Shown in pieces: positions 62,419 to 64,000 of a stretch of DNA of 64,000 nt (within the stretch, counting starts at the first letter, position 1; each line of letters starts with the position of its first letter). The DNA lies in the NCBI GenBank assembly GCA_029856105.1, contig JAHQWH010000226.1:13075-77074 (forward strand). Direction: 5' to 3'. The position numbers were made by a program, and so were the translations under genes. This DNA comes from Promethearchaeia archaeon (GTDB lineage Archaea > Asgardarchaeota > Lokiarchaeia > Sigyniarchaeales > SOKP01). Under the pieces are notes generated by a model. It was not told the DNA's origin, ran no database searches, and was given only the letters and a program-made list of their open reading frames with translations.

Positions 62419-63867
62419 ATGAATAAAGAAGATATCTGTTTTATGTCCGCTTGTGATATGGCAGAAAAAATTAAAACACAAGAGTTAACATCTCAAGAAA
62501 TTTTAGAGACAATCATAGAAAGAATTGAAAAGATAAACCCAATAATTAATGCTTATTGTACTCCGACGCTGGAATTAGCAAGAGAGATGGCAAAAGAAGC
62601 AGATAAAAGAGTAAAGGAAGGTATAAAATTAGGAACCTTGAATGGAATTCCAATTTCTATAAAGGATGAAACTGAAGTAAAAGGAATACGAACCACATTT
62701 GGTAGTAAAATTTTTGAGAATAATAAACCGCGAAGAGATGATATAATAGTTAAAAGAGCTAGAGAGGCTGGTACTGTGATTTTAGGCAAAACAAATACTC
62801 CAGCTTATGGATTCAAGGGAGAAACAGATAATTTAATTTTTGGGGTCACCAAAAATCCTTGGAATTTGGAAAGAACTCCTGGAGGATCTAGTGGAGGGGC
62901 TGCAGCAGCTGTAGCATCTGGATTGAGTCCATTAGCAATAGGCTCAGATGGTGGAGGGTCTATTAGAGTACCTAGTAGTTTTTGTGGTACTTATGGACTT
63001 AAACCTACTTTTGGTCGTGTTCCTCAAAGTAATATGTTATTATTAGGTTATCTTGGCACATTCGTTCATAAAGGACCAATTGTTAGGTTTGTCAAGGATG
63101 CTGCATTATTATTAGATGTATTGGTAGGAGAGCACTTTTCGGATCGATATTCTTTACCTAAACCAAATTACAGTTATTTAGAAAAACTTGATGAAAAACC
63201 TAGAAAATTAAGAATTGGGTATTCCTTAGATTTAGGATTCGCGGAAGCACTCGATCCTGAAGTTGAAAAATCCGTTTTAGATGCTATTCAAAAATTTGAA
63301 CGGTTAAACTGGTCAATTGAAAAAAGTAAGATTAAAGTAAAAAATCCTGAATCGCTATTCTGGACTTTTTGGGCGTCGGGATTTAGTTACACATTTCAAC
63401 CTTTTTTGGATAAATGGAAAGATAAAATGGATCCTGATTTTGTAGAGATTATTAATATTGGATTAAATTTTTCCTTAGCAGACCTAAAAATGGCAGAAGT
63501 CCAAAGAGAAATGATATATATTAATATTTCCAGACTTTTTAAAGATTTTGACATAATTATAACTCCAACTGTTGCGTGCCCTGCGTTTGAAATAGGTAAA
63601 TCTGGAATTTATGATAGAGAAGCATTGAAATCAGATATAATTATAAATGAAAAAAGAGTTTCACTTTTAGGTTGGCTATCATTTACATATCCATTCAATA
63701 TAAGCGGTCATCCAGCAGCCTCAGTTCCTTGTGGTTGGTCTAGTGACGGTTTACCTATTGGAATGCAAATTGTGGGAAAGAGATTTGATGAATTAACTGT
63801 ACTCCAAGTTTCAAAAGCTTTCGAAGACATATCTCCTTGGCAAGATAAAAGACCGACCTTTAAATAA
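62419..63867 (+). CDS. amidase signature family enzyme
   Basis: ISIKD, GKTNTP, PGGSSGG, GSDGGGSIRVP. Confidence 0.93.
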   Translation: MNKEDICFMSACDMAEKIKTQELTSQEILETIIERIEKINPIINAYCTPTLELAREMAKEADKRVKEGIKLGTLNGIPISIKDETEVKGIRTTFGSKIFENNKPRRDDIIVKRAREAGTVILGKTNTPAYGFKGETDNLIFGVTKNPWNLERTPGGSSGGAAAAVASGLSPLAIGSDGGGSIRVPSSFCGTYGLKPTFGRVPQSNMLLLGYLGTFVHKGPIVRFVKDAALLLDVLVGEHFSDRYSLPKPNYSYLEKLDEKPRKLRIGYSLDLGFAEALDPEVEKSVLDAIQKFERLNWSIEKSKIKVKNPESLFWTFWASGFSYTFQPFLDKWKDKMDPDFVEIINIGLNFSLADLKMAEVQREMIYINISRLFKDFDIIITPTVACPAFEIGKSGIYDREALKSDIIINEKRVSLLGWLSFTYPFNISGHPAASVPCGWSSDGLPIGMQIVGKRFDELTVLQVSKAFEDISPWQDKRPTFK

Positions 63868-63947
63868 ATCAGCCCATCTTATTTTTCTCTTTTTTAATTT
63901 TCATTTTAAATAAAATTTTTTATTATTAATTAGTATGCTTATCACGG

Positions 63948-64000
63948 CTACTTTTCCCGAAGTTTTACATATATAAGCGTATAATATACTGCAATCACAA
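63948..64000 (-). CDS. possible 3' end of a membrane protein gene beyond the window
   Basis: Frame reads ..VIAVYYTLIYVKLREK*; very short. Confidence 0.3.
   Translation of the reverse strand, partial: VIAVYYTLIYVKLREK

Noticed and set aside
683-62789. Numerous short antisense or overlapping ORFs in the ORF track (e.g. 11025-11357, 15794-16192, 25230-25616, 52968-53360)
   Set aside because: They lie within well-supported genes and have shadow-frame composition with no motifs

Overview
AT-rich, gene-dense archaeal chromosome segment, most likely from an Asgard archaeon of the Lokiarchaeia type. The assignment rests on an archaeal TFB, an actin-family protein, two Ras/Rab-like small GTPases, two Loki-CTERM-type surface proteins, HEAT proteins and a multi-PAS kinase. 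Housekeeping and metabolic genes include tfb, AOR, a GlcD/GlcF-like pair, nfo, hxlB, topoisomerase IA, purD, GH116, an M32 peptidase, an acyl-CoA ligase and an amidase. I saw no rRNA, tRNA, CRISPR array, integrase or transposase. Two signals stand out. (1) A co-oriented cluster at 21.7-25.0 kb: a coiled-coil / Pro-rich / WH2- or VASP-like protein, a PIG-L deacetylase, and an actin-related protein with substituted catalytic residues. This is a candidate archaeal actin-regulator (nucleation-promoting-factor-like) module. (2) Integrase-less accessory segments bounded by displaced copies of the last ~30-48 bp of protein-coding genes: three copies of the purD 3' end at 33.6-34.9 kb, and a second, older example at 51.3/54.4 kb. 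Smaller oddities are a probable ATT-initiated gene, helically phased repeats before a wHTH gene, a corrinoid domain with Trp in place of the His ligand, a longin-like/pseudo-GTPase fusion and several pseudogenes. All family calls are by-eye motif recognition; no searches were run.
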